DNA of 64,000 nt from Psilocybe cubensis (lineage: Eukaryota): NCBI GenBank assembly GCA_017499595.2, contig CM039010.1:1302001-1366000 (forward strand), written 5' to 3'. Shown here one piece after another: positions 49,725-62,479 of this stretch (position 1 is its first letter; each line of letters opens with the position of its first letter). A program made the translations under genes and the position numbers. A model generated the notes under the pieces. That model did not search any database, was not told the origin of the DNA, and worked only from the letters and a program-made list of their open reading frames with translations.

Positions 49725-51396
49725 ATGACATCGCTATCTACAACGGGGAAGGTGGCCCTTACCAACTACATCGTACGCTGTTCCGTACAGTTTGAAGAAA
49801 CATGAGCTTGATCGACGGTCTAGAAAGAGACGCTTCAATCGAAGACAATCCCGGGGTTTGTCCTAGGGGTGTCCAATATTAACGAGGAAATATTCTTCGA
49901 AGGAGGAGGTTCGAGAATTGTCGATGATATCGAAAGTGGCGAAATCACCCCTGATAGCATCTTTTGGATATGCAGTCAAACTAAAATGATTACAGCGGTG
50001 CGTTATCAATCGAATAATCTTCATAACTAGGATTACTGACTATCCGAATCAGCTAGCTGTATTGAAGTTGATTGAGAATGGGACAATCTCGTTGGATACA
50101 CCTGTCGGTAACTTCATCCCTGAATTCCGGAATCCCATTATAGTCGACAAAACCTCCACCCGAAATACAACTTTCCGGCCGGCGAAGACAGTGGTGACCG
50201 TCCAACATCTGCTTAATTTTTCCAGTGGATTGTTTTATCCTGTAGTTCGGGACAACTTAACAGGGTTGTCAGAGGGCTATTTCTCGAAGGAAATGCATGC
50301 GGCATCTGATCCACGTTCTCACTTTTTTAGCATACTCATTGTACGTTTACTACTAAGAAGCTCTTCATGACAACTTAGCTTTGATTCTCTAGGGAGACCT
50401 TCCGGCTCTACCTTTAAAGTTTGAGCCCGGGACCGACTGTAAGTCATTTCCTTTTTTGTTCCGTTCATCATACATTTACTCTCCGCAAGTCGTATATGGA
50501 TGGAGCTCTGATGCACTGGGTTTCATTGTCGAAGAGGTTTCAGGATGTACTTTGGAAGAGTTTTGGTGAAAAAACTATCTCTCTGTTATCTTCATTTTCC
50601 TAATTTCTCGCTTTTTCGCAGCAAACAACACATATTCAAGCCACTGGGAATGGAAACCTCCTTTTATTTAACAGACAAATTGCGTAAACGCATGGTTGAC
50701 CTCACTTATCGCCAACGTGACGGGACACTTAGCCCATGGAATGGTCAACTCAACATAATCGAACAGGACCCCGCCAAAGGTATTGGATGATGTTCATGTG
50801 TTTCTTGTTATTTTATTTATTCGCCCAGTTCGACTGCACCTAGGAGGAGTGGGTATGTACAGCTCCATGAGAGATTATCTCAAACTTCTCCGTCATTTAT
50901 TGCAAATCCATGGTACGCTGGTTAAATTTCCCACTCCTTGATACGTGGGCGCTAATCGTGCCTTTCAGCTGGGCAACCTGTCGAAAGCCCTATTCTTAAA
51001 CAAGAGACAGTCCATCAAATGTTTATTCCAGCACTTACTGATAAAGGTTCCAAATCGATATCGGATCTAGTCATGGTACCGAGTTTGCAATGGGGTACAA
51101 CAATGGCAATTACTACCGAGGACTGGCCAGGACGACGCAGGGCAGGGTCCGTTTTCTGTAAGTGGACATAACTGAGCTCAGACGTGGTACCTCATACCTG
51201 ACATGCCCTTTCATCATGGATAGGGGGTGGATGGGCGGGAACATTCCATTTCATTGACCCAACAAGTGGCATCGCCGTGGTATTTGGCATACAAATTGTT
51301 CCAACTGCAGACATGGAAGCACTTAAGGTCTGGTCCAAACTCGAGGCATTGATATACGCTGCCTTGATTCCCGAAACTCCCAAACCGAATCTTTGA
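49725..51396 (+). CDS. LovD/beta-lactamase-family serine hydrolase (esterase/acyltransferase)
   Basis: FWICSQTKMIT (SxxK), HLLNFSSGL, LKFEPGTD, YGWSSD, HIFKPLGM, HLGGVGMYSS, WGGWAGTFHFIDP. Confidence 0.92.
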
Positions 51397-51953
51397 GATA
51401 TATAATAAAGTACGGTTTGAGTATCAACTTTAAATCCAATTGTCATCTTCTCGACAATGCTTTAGCCGAACATGTCGCTTCATTGCAAATATGATCAACA
51501 TCTTCAACAAATTGGACTGAAAGGGATATGGCCAGAGGTCATCAGTGACTAGGACCCCTTCTTCGGCAGTGCCTTGAGGCGCGTCATGCCCTACACGCAT
51601 GCTTCCTAGAAAGGAGTGATCGAACCGACAGATATGGTCTTTCTGACACGAGCTAACGAGGTGGACTTTATCTGTCGGCATGCCTGGAAACAGCCTTGAG
51701 TATATTGACTTGAGCTAAAAAGTCGCATACAGGGCACCTACCGCGTGTATGGTTCTAACACGATGGTGAGGTCATACCCGAGGTCCTTTTGGATAACATT
51801 CGTCCCATTGCAACCCTCCTGTTCTTGAGTTTATCTCATCCCCACGTCCACCTTTGCCCTGCAGTATTGCATACCTTTCTGGCAGCGATATCATTTCCCC
51901 TTACACGCCTACTAAAACGACTATCTGACTAGGGCACGTTTGACATCTTGTCT

Positions 51954-52944
51954 ATGGATTCCACCTTCATCGCAGCAGCTGGTGCACGGGGTGTTGAAAG
52001 GAACGGCATGGTTACAGGACTTGAGCACAGTCCATATGCTGTTTTGGCCGTTGCTGGTGCCCGTGTTTACCATACCAAACTGAATGTCAAGGATAGCCAG
52101 TGGATATATTCCCGCTGGAAGGGAACATTAACATTCGGAAGGGACGTCGATGATCCAAATTCCGTCACCCAAGATATCAGTGAGACGGAGAGACACTGGT
52201 TCAGGCTCGCAGACGACGAGACGGGCAGGACAGTGTGGATGTTCAAGTTTCCGGAAAACTTTGAATATTCCGTGGATCGCCCGTTCTTCCACGTATTTCA
52301 GGGCAGGGTAAGCCACATCTGTGCAAGGCTCTGAACAACGCATCCGTAAAGCTCACTGTTTTATAGACCCGAACATATGGATTTCTCTTCAACGATGACG
52401 ACGAGGCGTCTGTCTTCGGAAGAAAAGTGATGGGGAGGCTTTCTAGCGGTCGTGGGTCATTCTCACTCAAAGCTCGACACATATGGGCTAATCTTCTTCA
52501 AACGCACGTCGTAGAACCTGTTAGAAAGTCGCGAAGCCCTGGCAAATTGAGTGGCTCGAATAGATCGAAGTCTCTCACAGGGTCTATTTCGCGTTCGCTT
52601 ATTTCCTCTCCCGCGCCCCAATCATTCAAGCATATCGCCCACGTTGGTGTAAATAAGGACGGCCTTTTTGAGGCCTCAAAGGATCTAGACAGCGCATGGA
52701 AGATCATGCTGGAAGATCTTCAAGGACACGGAGTCAGTGACGCAATTGTTGTCCGCCAGAGCAACTTTGTTGATGGCTTTTGGAAGGAGGTAGAAGCCAT
52801 CCGAATGGTCGAGGGGTCCTCGGTAGAAAGATTTGATTGTAAGTGTTTTAATTTATGATTGAAATTGTTCATTGTAATAATTCTATTGTCTATGGATTAG
52901 TGAAGGACGTTTCCAGAAATATCGCTACAGTTACGGCATTATGA
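51954..52944 (+). CDS. WH1 (EVH1/PH-like) + CRIB protein, WASP-like N-terminus only
   Basis: VLAVAGARVY...W.YSRWKGTLTF...HWFRLAD...VWM...DRPFFHVFQG|TRTYGFLFNDDDEA; CRIB ISSPAPQSFKHIAHVG. Confidence 0.85.
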
Positions 52945-53062
52945 GGAGGAATGAAGGATGGGAAGGCTGTACTATATAAGATGTAGTGTACGATTATTTT
53001 GAATGGTGGGATGCTTCTGGGTATCCCGTAGCAGGTCTATAGGAATGCCATGGTATGTTAAC

Positions 53063-55386
53063 TTAGAATCGAGTAATGTCACGCCCAAATATCCCTGTTA
53101 ACGAATTCCGCAGAGAGTGAGTGATAATGTATACATATCAAGTGGTTTTGAACTTACAGTTTAGGAACCTAAGCATGGGCGCCAAATCAAGGTCAGTTTC
53201 CATGAAGTTAATTACATATTGCAACATACCAGTAGGTGGGAATTAAAATTCTGAAATAGAGTTAATTTGAAGTTCTACAGAGCAGAAATTTTGACGTACT
53301 TGTTCCTCCAGCTTAATGTCATTGTGAAATAGGCGGACCGCCATAGCAGCCAAGCCAAGCGCCCAGTCTCCTTTTGCATAAATCCACCATGTGTGCCATC
53401 TGCCGCTGGCCTATCATATATAGCTTTCCTACAACAATGTGTTAGTGCATTAGCGATGTTCCGTCATTATTCAATTTTTAGCACGGAATTATGATTACCA
53501 GTTTCCAATATACGCCAAACTTCCCTGGTTGATAAACTGGAAAGGTTTCGAGAAATCTTTATCTTTTTGCAGACTCTTGAATGTTTTGACGACATATTTG
53601 GCCTTTTGTGCAGCAACTAAATCCATCCAAGCTTGAGTCATCTATCAATAACCAAACAACATGAACCAGACCTTGGGCGGTGGCAGGTAATGCGACATCT
53701 TCTATACGTGCAGCGTCACCGATTGCCCAGACATCTGGGTCGGGCGTCCCATCCTTCATGACGACGTTCAGTTTAGTATCAGTGATTAAACTGCCAATGC
53801 AATCAGGATGTATTCAAAATTATATCGAAAGCATCGAAAAACCACTAACCTTAGCGTTTTTGGATCCTTTTTAGCGTCTGAGGCAGCTTTGACCACAGGA
53901 TTTGGTGCCAGTCCGGTACTCCATACAAGAAGGCCAAAGGGGACTGCAAAATAAATCAGCGTTTAGCTCTGAAGACTACTAGTAAGAAGAGTTTGCCTTC
54001 TCCAGTCTCCCTAACAATCAGCTTTCCCTAAGTGTACTTCAGAAAGGTACACTTATCAAAAATCGACGATCATACATACCGATTCAATTCGGTCGACATG
54101 ATGTTTAGTCAAGATAGTTATTCCCTCTTGAGATAGGTGCTCTTCTGTGTATCTTGGTGTAGATGAGTATTCATAGTCATATAAGTGGCTAATTGCACCT
54201 ACTTCCTTAATGACTGGTCAAACGATCCAAGGATGTTGGGGGAGACATCGTAAACTGTAATCTTTGCAAATCTAGCGAGGTTGGGATATCTAGCTTTCAT
54301 GTCTGTGTGGAGAAGATCTCGCAACTCCGCAGCAAATTCAATGCCAGTTGGACCACCACCTACGAAGTCATTCAGAGATTTTCAGGTAATTAAGGAGTCG
54401 TACTTACCGACGATGCAGAAATTCAGCAAATTGCGTCGCTGAGTTTCCGACAGGAAAGGTTGATTAGCCTGTTCAAAACACTCCAAAATACGACTCCGAA
54501 TCTTGCGGGCATCCTTGACGTCTTTTAAAAAGTGTGCATGTTCTTTAACCCCAGGAATGTTAAATGCTGGAATCTTGTGATCAGCATGTTAACAAGATAG
54601 CGTATACTAAACCTTACTTTGAGAATAAGCTCCCACCGCTATGATCAGTTTGTCGTACTCGAGCGAGAATGAGGGTCCTGGGTTATGCTTGACAGAATCC
54701 TGACTTTCTGTAGGTTCAGCTCCCGGCGGTCGAGTTGCCGGCATCTATACGAAATAAGCATTATAAATCGCTTTGCTAGTAAGCCATTGATTGTACGAAC
54801 GCATTTTAGCCGTTTCTGAGCGAAGTCTGCGAGAGAATAAAATGAATTTTTGATATGTGAGATTGAAATGTGTGCATACCGATTTCATCACACCATGCTT
54901 GATAGTAAGTCTAGTTTCTATTAAGCCTATCGTCACGTAATTCTCATTCTAAGTCGGACTTACGGCCTTGGGAGTGTATCGTCTGACCTGAGGATCATTA
55001 GGTGGAAACGTTTTTGGATAATAAACTGGCTCACTGGCTCGACTGCGCATCGAAGTTCCAAAGTCCCAACAGCAGTACTTGCCAGAAGCGGCGTGAAATT
55101 GAAGTATGTGTTGGGTGATATCATCGTCACATCTGAAAATTCAAGTTGAATAATTTAAAGTTAACATGTTAATCATGAACTGACCCCAGTGTTCTCTGTC
55201 AAGACCTCTAAGGACGTTGTAGCCCCCCCATCCCGAACCCAAAATCACAACGCGTTTCTTATGCTGTGCAGGTGGATTGTACCATCGCGCGGTAGCCTGG
55301 AGAACGCGGCTAGCGAATGATGGACGAAAGGGCGTACGCTGTGTGTTGATGATTGGCGACATAAGCGGATACCTGAGGGGAGACAT
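53063..55386 (-). CDS. Mitochondrial type II (alternative) NADH dehydrogenase, Nde/Ndi family
   Basis: [77 protein letters not shown]. Confidence 0.95.
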
Positions 55387-57533
55387 TCCTCCACTACGTT
55401 GCCGCCTTTTAAGACACGGAAATTAGATAACCTATTGGCGCCAACGGAAGTATGAGCATCACAGCACCGGGGGGATACGGGTGCGCCACAAATGCAAGTT
55501 ATCATGTAATCCGGCCATGAGCAGAACACTTCCGACGAGAAAGGGCCTGAGGAGCGCAGGATATTGGTGTCTCCTGAAGGTGATAAGGACACCAGAATGC
55601 AGGATTGTTTTCATGATTTGCGTTGCATTGCGTACGAGACCTCCGTATTCCAGACTCGAAGTGCCCGACGCCGAGATGTAAAGCCAATAATAAGAGAGTA
55701 CTTACTCCGAACTGCACCTGAGTGTCAATGGTTGCAAGGCTAGAGCAGATACTTTCTGTCCAATGAGAAGATTTTTCGGGGTAGATTCCGTGGATAACAG
55801 GATAGTCGTAGATTCACAATTCGTTGTTGTTTTGTTTCTGTCCATGATGTCATCCATGATTCTCTGAAATGCAACTCAAGGCCACTTTCAGTGTCAGTTC
55901 TGAAAATACCTGCTGCAAAAACTATGATTACTATAGCATCATGTCCAGTTTTTTACTGGCAAAAAGATGGTTTGCGGCATTTGCGGACGCCTTCATTTTG
56001 CCCTCCGTTCCGTCGTTCTCCGATGCGATTTCCTATCACCTGCCAGCCAAGGGCTTAGTTACATGTCTAGTAGTATAACAAGGTATTGAGTGTGTTCTCT
56101 GACGTTAAACAGTGAACGATTGTGTGAATTTAAATGAATGTTCGCGATTGGAACTAGGTGAAGAGTGGGAGTAAGTGTAAACACAAACTGCGAGTGGATA
56201 ATTTCGACATCCTGCCGCCCTGATTGGACCAGAAGATATCACGGCAGTTGCCGCAAGCGCCACTGAAACAGTGTGCACAGCACCGGTTGAGCGTTGTTAC
56301 TCACTCTCTAGAGTTGAAAAATTATCGGCCGACTGTTATTCATAAGTAAATTGAAAGGTGGCGGAATTTAGAGCCGATAATCTATGGGCCAATTACAAGT
56401 GGTGGAACAGCGGCAATGTTCAAAGATATTCATTGGTTTTCCGGGTTTTCCGACTCGGCCACGATTTCAAAACCACTTTGATTGGCTATTGACCGAATCA
56501 CACTCCGAGAACCAGTATAAGGCGTCAATATGCTCATAATGCTGTAGTATGATAAACATAAGAGCACTCGGGTGGGGTTAATAAAAATAGGTGGTACTGA
56601 GTAAAATGCGTAATTAATTGACCAGTCAAATCATTAGGTGTTCTAACCGGAGTGAGTGGCCTATCTATGACTGATAAAGCTGAATCGGGACCGAAGAGAG
56701 CGTCTCTATAGGCGTTAAACTGAGTTTATACCGCCGGAATGAACGATCGAAGGAGAAGGTTCTATGCAGGAGACTCGGGCATCTTCACAGAAGCATCGAC
56801 AATTTTCGCTTGAACAGCGAGGCTAATAATTGTTATAGAGCTGATTGGTTATATCTTTGGTACCAATAAAGAGGATACAAAATGCATTTGTTAATGAGCC
56901 TCAGAAAAGCCCAAGATGTGTGCGTAAGGGTCACCAGGATTCAATTAATAAATTGAGGACGTGTAATTAATGTTCAACACGGGAAAGGTTAATTTTTTGA
57001 CTCGGGTGATAAGCACAATAAATTTGTCACTAACCACTAGGCAAGCATCGACCACTGATGATTCCCGCAAACTGACTGTTCGGCATCTGCCGCGGCTGGC
57101 GATCAACTCTGACGCCGATGGCAAGGGCGACCAATCAACATTCTCTTCGACGCTGGACTGATGTTGACCTCGGAGTGTTGACCACTCACTCCAATGGCGC
57201 ACACACTTCTCAGGTGCTCTATGTACAGAATCGTACGGCCCAACGTTGCTTTCGCTTTCAAAGCTGCTCGTCGATCACAACATTCGATTCCTTTGTTTAT
57301 CATGAAACATGTGAGCCCCCATTTCTGCATGGAATCCTAAACAGTGACTTACAACCTCTTTCCTGGTCGTGCAGAGTTTGTGAGGATACCTACGGTTCGT
57401 TTATAACATTTCAATTATACGACTACCCCAGTAACTGACGTCAATGATGATAGGTGGAGTCTTCATCCTCAATTTATAGCTCAAGGCCTTGAACGATATC
57501 ATTGCTTTCCCCACGAAATCTCTGGCTACGAAA

Positions 57534-59223
57534 ATGATATACGACAAAAATCCTCCGTACCCACATTATGACCATCTTCCCTATGCAAAGGAGCCTTGGA
57601 AGTCGATCTATGTTTTCTATCGCCTATTCACCACTCTCGCTTTGGTACCATTTTGGGTAGTCACTTATTCCGTTCTGCCAAGACGTTACCGACCTCGCGC
57701 ATCATGGAACCTGCGGCAAATTGTGAACGTCAACTTCACTCGACGTATCTTCAAGGTCACCGAAGTCGCAGGTGTAACGTGGGGCACTCGGGACCCAACC
57801 GTTGCTCCAGACGCACATAGTCTGAAAGAGACCAGGTTCGAATGGGTTGAGCCTCTTCCCAAGGAATTTCAGACAGGCATTGTCGTTGACAGTGTCCCTT
57901 TCACTCGTGTTGGGTGTTATATATGGCCCAAAGATGATCACCCGAAAATCAAGAGAGTCAACAAGAGCGATGACACCCGGGACTTGATTTCCCATTTAGA
58001 CTTGGAGGCAGGCTCTGACGACGTTCCTTTGATTGGTATATTTATGCATGGAGGTGGATATTGCCACATGTCTGCGCATGAAAGCAGTCGTACCTCGAGG
58101 ATACCCAGAAATCTAGTGAAGGTGAGGTGAAATTCTACATGTGACGTCAGTGAATCTCAATTGACATTCTGTGTAGAGAAAGATTTTACACAAGGTCTAC
58201 GCAGTCGAATATCGATTACTCCAGCACGCACCATTTCCTGCGGTTGTTCAAGACGCGGCCGCAGTCTATGCACATGTTGTGAAACAATACAGGATCAAAA
58301 AATCGCAATGCAAGATAATTTTGATTGGCGATAGTTCCGGAGGCAATCTTGTTCTTTCGTTGGCCCGTTGGCTTAGAGATGAAGGTCACCTCCCCTTGCC
58401 TCACGGGCTTCTCCTTTTATCTGTGAGTCGTAATAGGGTGTGTACGATATGACAGTCCTGATTTTACGATTAGCCCTCTTGTGATACATCGCATGCCCTT
58501 CCTGAAACCCTTTCTTCGTATATACCCCGTCCAAATCAATTCACCGATTACCTTGTGGATACCCCAGAACCGCGAGCACTACTCCAACGAACATTTCTCG
58601 GTTTCAAATACCACCCAGATTCGCCCAGTATTGATGAAGAGCGGCGTCTGATGCAGGTGGTTCATTCAGAATATGTGTCACCTTGTTCCCCCATTGTACT
58701 CAAGCGGTGGGGCCACGATCTAAAGCAGGATCCTGAAGGAGAGCATGAAGCCCGTTTCACTCGACAGATTCTCCAGCGTCTGCCCACGTACCTGCGAAGC
58801 AATCGAGCGCCCGAAAATCTAAACGTCGTAACTGCCCAAATAGAAGTGGACGGGGATAACCCATACCACAAATCATGTCGTTTCCCAAAACTTTTCGGCG
58901 ACTTTCCTCGTACGCTTATTATCTGCGGAGACGCGGAGAGGCTGGTTCGAGAAGTGCGAAGTTTGGTCGCAGCTATGACTACGGATGGAGTCGATTTGCA
59001 AGTGCACTGGGCACGCGATGCATGCCATGATCCCTTGATGCTGAGCGAATTTTGGTGGGATCGAACAGTTCTGGAGGAAATATGGCAGTCCGTTGAAGCA
59101 TGGGTCAAGGGCTTTGAAGGGTATAATATCAGCAGCGAGTCTAGCGACAGCAGCCTTGACTCCCATTTGAATGTTCATCCTGAAGCTGCCGCTGCCATCA
59201 AGGCGGGTACTTTGGAGGGTTAA
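57534..59223 (+). CDS. Alpha/beta hydrolase, HSL family (Abhydrolase_3), with N-terminal hydrophobic anchor
   Basis: FMHGGGY, AVEYRL, PFPAVVQDA, GDSSGGNL, CGDAERL, DACHD. Confidence 0.92.
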
Positions 59224-59846
59224 TCATCTATTCAGGGTTTACCAAATGTTCTGGACTGTGGACAAGCCGAACTCGCTTACTTTACGCAAACGGCGATCAA
59301 ACATTGTAGCAATACATTCGAGGTTACTAATTTGTTAACCTTTTGTGTCAGTGTATGTTGTAAAATTATCACGCTCTGGTTTCTCACTTACTCCACCTTT
59401 CAATGGTCCGTTGGTGCAGAGGGGGAATTATGGAATTGCACCCATTTTCACTTCTTCCATGCAACTAATGATGCGGCCGTATTCCCAACATAATTGAATC
59501 TTACCTTAACTACTGACTAGCACTGTTCATGCTGATTACTTTCGTCGTACATATGCCTTTCTGAATCTTATCTGATAACTTAATGCGTGTGCTGGAATCT
59601 GTTGCTACGAAAATACACACTTCTTAGACTCCGCCCACTTTTTTATGGCTGAGCCTAGCTGAGCCTGTGAAACTCAGGTGGATTTGCGCAGTATTTAGCA
59701 AGTTATGTAAAGCAAAAAGTCCGAATGGCCGATTCTTACCAGTGACTCATACTCGATCGGAGATGTTGGGTTATAAAATGGACGCCCAGTAGGGGTTTAT
59801 GGCCCTAGGGCATATACCTATTTTACGTACTGTGATCTCGATAAAT

Positions 59847-61346
59847 ATGGCAGGATCATTTGACCTACCCGCATATCACTCTACTACTTCTCTACCGGGT
59901 TATTCGAGCAAACTTTCAGATGGCGAGCAATTGCTTGAATATACTCCCCATCGACCATCGTATAGACGCCCTTCTTCAGTATACATTCGAAAGGAGGGAA
60001 GAACTACCGTTGTCTTGAACAATCAGAAAGAAGGTACTGCTGTTCCACAGTACGGCCGTCAAGGAACAATAAATGGCACAATTTGCTTTGAAAATAGCGA
60101 CAATATTCTCGAAGTAATCATGGAGGTACAAATTCTAGATCGTTCATGCCCTTTCGGACATAACTCACTACTTATTGGATTCATTGTAGATACAAGGAAC
60201 AATGGATATTTTTGTTTCGCAGGCTGGCTACAAGTCACTCACGATATTTGAGGTCAGCTATCCGTTGTGGTCCCCGTTGTCGCCAGATGAACGGCAAACT
60301 CAGAGTTGTCCGTCTCAAATCGCGTTTTCGAAAACTTTACATACGACCTTTAATACAGAGGACGGTCGTACTTTGCCATTGCCTCCTACCTATAGCTCAC
60401 CGCGTCTTCATTTGGCCGGGCCTCAGGCAATGGTTTCCTACGAGTTACGAATTATTATAAAATGTAGTCGCCATCCGAAGCTCGCAGCTTGGACGAAGAC
60501 TCGACGGTAAGTGTGCATACATCATACTACCGAGAAAAATTATAAATACTTCAACAGAATATCAATACCATTCCAATACGTGCCCAGAACGAGGGCACAC
60601 CAACCTATTACCTCATATTCATCCTTCCCATCTTCTATTAAAAGTACACCGGAAGAATGGCATCAAACTGTTGTCCCAATTCCTGATAACCAGGGAAGAG
60701 AAAAGCTTTATGGCTTGGTGAGTCCGCCGGCTAGCATCGTGCTTGCTTTTTTGAGAATAAATCAATTTCTGTATCATGTAGCTCTTTTTGCCCGGCCATC
60801 GTATATACGGCCTGGGGGATATAATCCCGTTTCATGTCCAGTTGACAGGTGATACCGAAGCTCTTCAAGAGCTTCTCCCGAGTGTACGCGGCTCGATGTC
60901 GTCATCTTTAGATCCTCGAGAATCCTCTTCTAGAGCGCCTATACTGGACCACGCACGGATTGAAGTCGTTTTGCTACGCCAAGTTACTGTGCGATACAAA
61001 TTATTAAAGTCCTGGGAAGATACCGTTATCGGTAAAGGCATAATGTGGTGGACATTTCCGGAAGTAAGCTCCAAATTTGAAGACAGGTGCTGCATAGACT
61101 GGGATGGTGAGCTAAGATGTCAAGAGGGAATCACTGTAGGAGGATTTGATGCAGGGAACATACATGTCAAGGTAAGTAAACTGCATGACATATTTCTAAT
61201 GGAAGCTTAATGGTTTAATATGATTGGACCAGGACTTTCTTGTACTTAAGATCATTCCTACCCATTTTTCATGTCCTGTCCAGACAGTACGGAGTACGGT
61301 TCCTATCAGGCTTGTCACAGATTCCTTCGATGGTGCAGACTTTTGA
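59847..61346 (+). CDS. Arrestin-like protein (Agaricomycete family)
   Basis: LPAY/LPGY N-terminal motifs, PQYGRQGTINGTI, CPSQIAFS, LPLPPTY, YELRIII, IPFHVQLTG, DWDGEL, VKDFLVL. Confidence 0.7.
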
Positions 61347-61830
61347 ATATCAGAACCTTTATCACGGTTGCATGGATGTAGGGTAACTAGGAGATAAACT
61401 GAGAAAGAAGGCGACGACTTAATTAACTACAAGGTGCAAATGGCCTTTGAAGACGCGTCCTAGTCTCTCCTAGACAGACTTCGGTATGATGTGAAGCGTT
61501 CACGATTCGTGACACGCGTTTTGCCGGAATGCCGCTTGCTTACTAAGGTTGATGGCAATGATGGGGGTTTATGGTCAATCGATTTCCGATACCCATGCTA
61601 CCCATCTTCTGTTATGGTTGTGTAGAGAAATAGGGTCAGAGAACGTTTTGTAAATCGTTTTCCTTAATTTTCTTTTAATAAGGGGCCGAACTGAATAATT
61701 TATTATATTACCCCTGTCGCGCAGGGTTCGGAAGTTTCCGTTCGGTGTTCCGACTTAGACATTTTCACTCTTCTCACTAGGACGCCACTTGGTTCGAAAT
61801 TTCATCTTATCTTACAGTTTCTCGAGTAAT

Positions 61831-62370
61831 CTAAAGCGCATCGTTGTTTTTTAAAATCTCCTTTGCATGATCTTTGGCAGCATCAGATACCCTTGGATCT
61901 GGCATGGAATAAGTCACCAAATAGCAAACGCAAGAAAATTGTGGGAAAACGTACTGTTGATAGTCGCTTTGTAACCCCCAAGGCGATGATGCTCCGTTTT
62001 CTCCCTGTCATGATTAGAATATATTAGGTTGGTGATTTTGTTTCAAGATCAAGATCGTACTCCTCTGGGTTACCAGGGCTGCGAGTGGAAGCTAATATCT
62101 CATAAGCACATCGTGAATGGAAATATTCTCGCGCAGAAACGTACCAGTAGAAGAGCTTCCTTTGACACCTCTGGACGGAGGTTCGCCTTCAGCATTTACC
62201 CCCATTTCGTTAAGACGTTCAATTGCACGACTTTTAGCTTCCTCAGACACAGATGGGTTGCGTATAGTTGCCTTTAAACCAGCAGCAACGCGCTCGGGGT
62301 TTTTGATATGATCTAGAATTTTTACATCAGGTACTGCTATATATGAATCGAAAAAATACTCGCCAGACAT
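61831..62370 (-). CDS. con-6: Con-6 (conidiation protein 6) family, two repeats
   Basis: KNPERVAAGLKATIRNPSVSEEAKSRA and RLGGYKATIN|NPRVSDAAKDHAKEIL. Confidence 0.88.
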
Positions 62371-62479
62371 CGAGGGTAAGGCGAGTTGAATAGTAAGAAT
62401 GTGTTCTCTGAAATTGGGTCAACGCATGAAAATGTATTTGTATTCCAAACCCTATGACGTCCCCATAAGCCACTTCATT

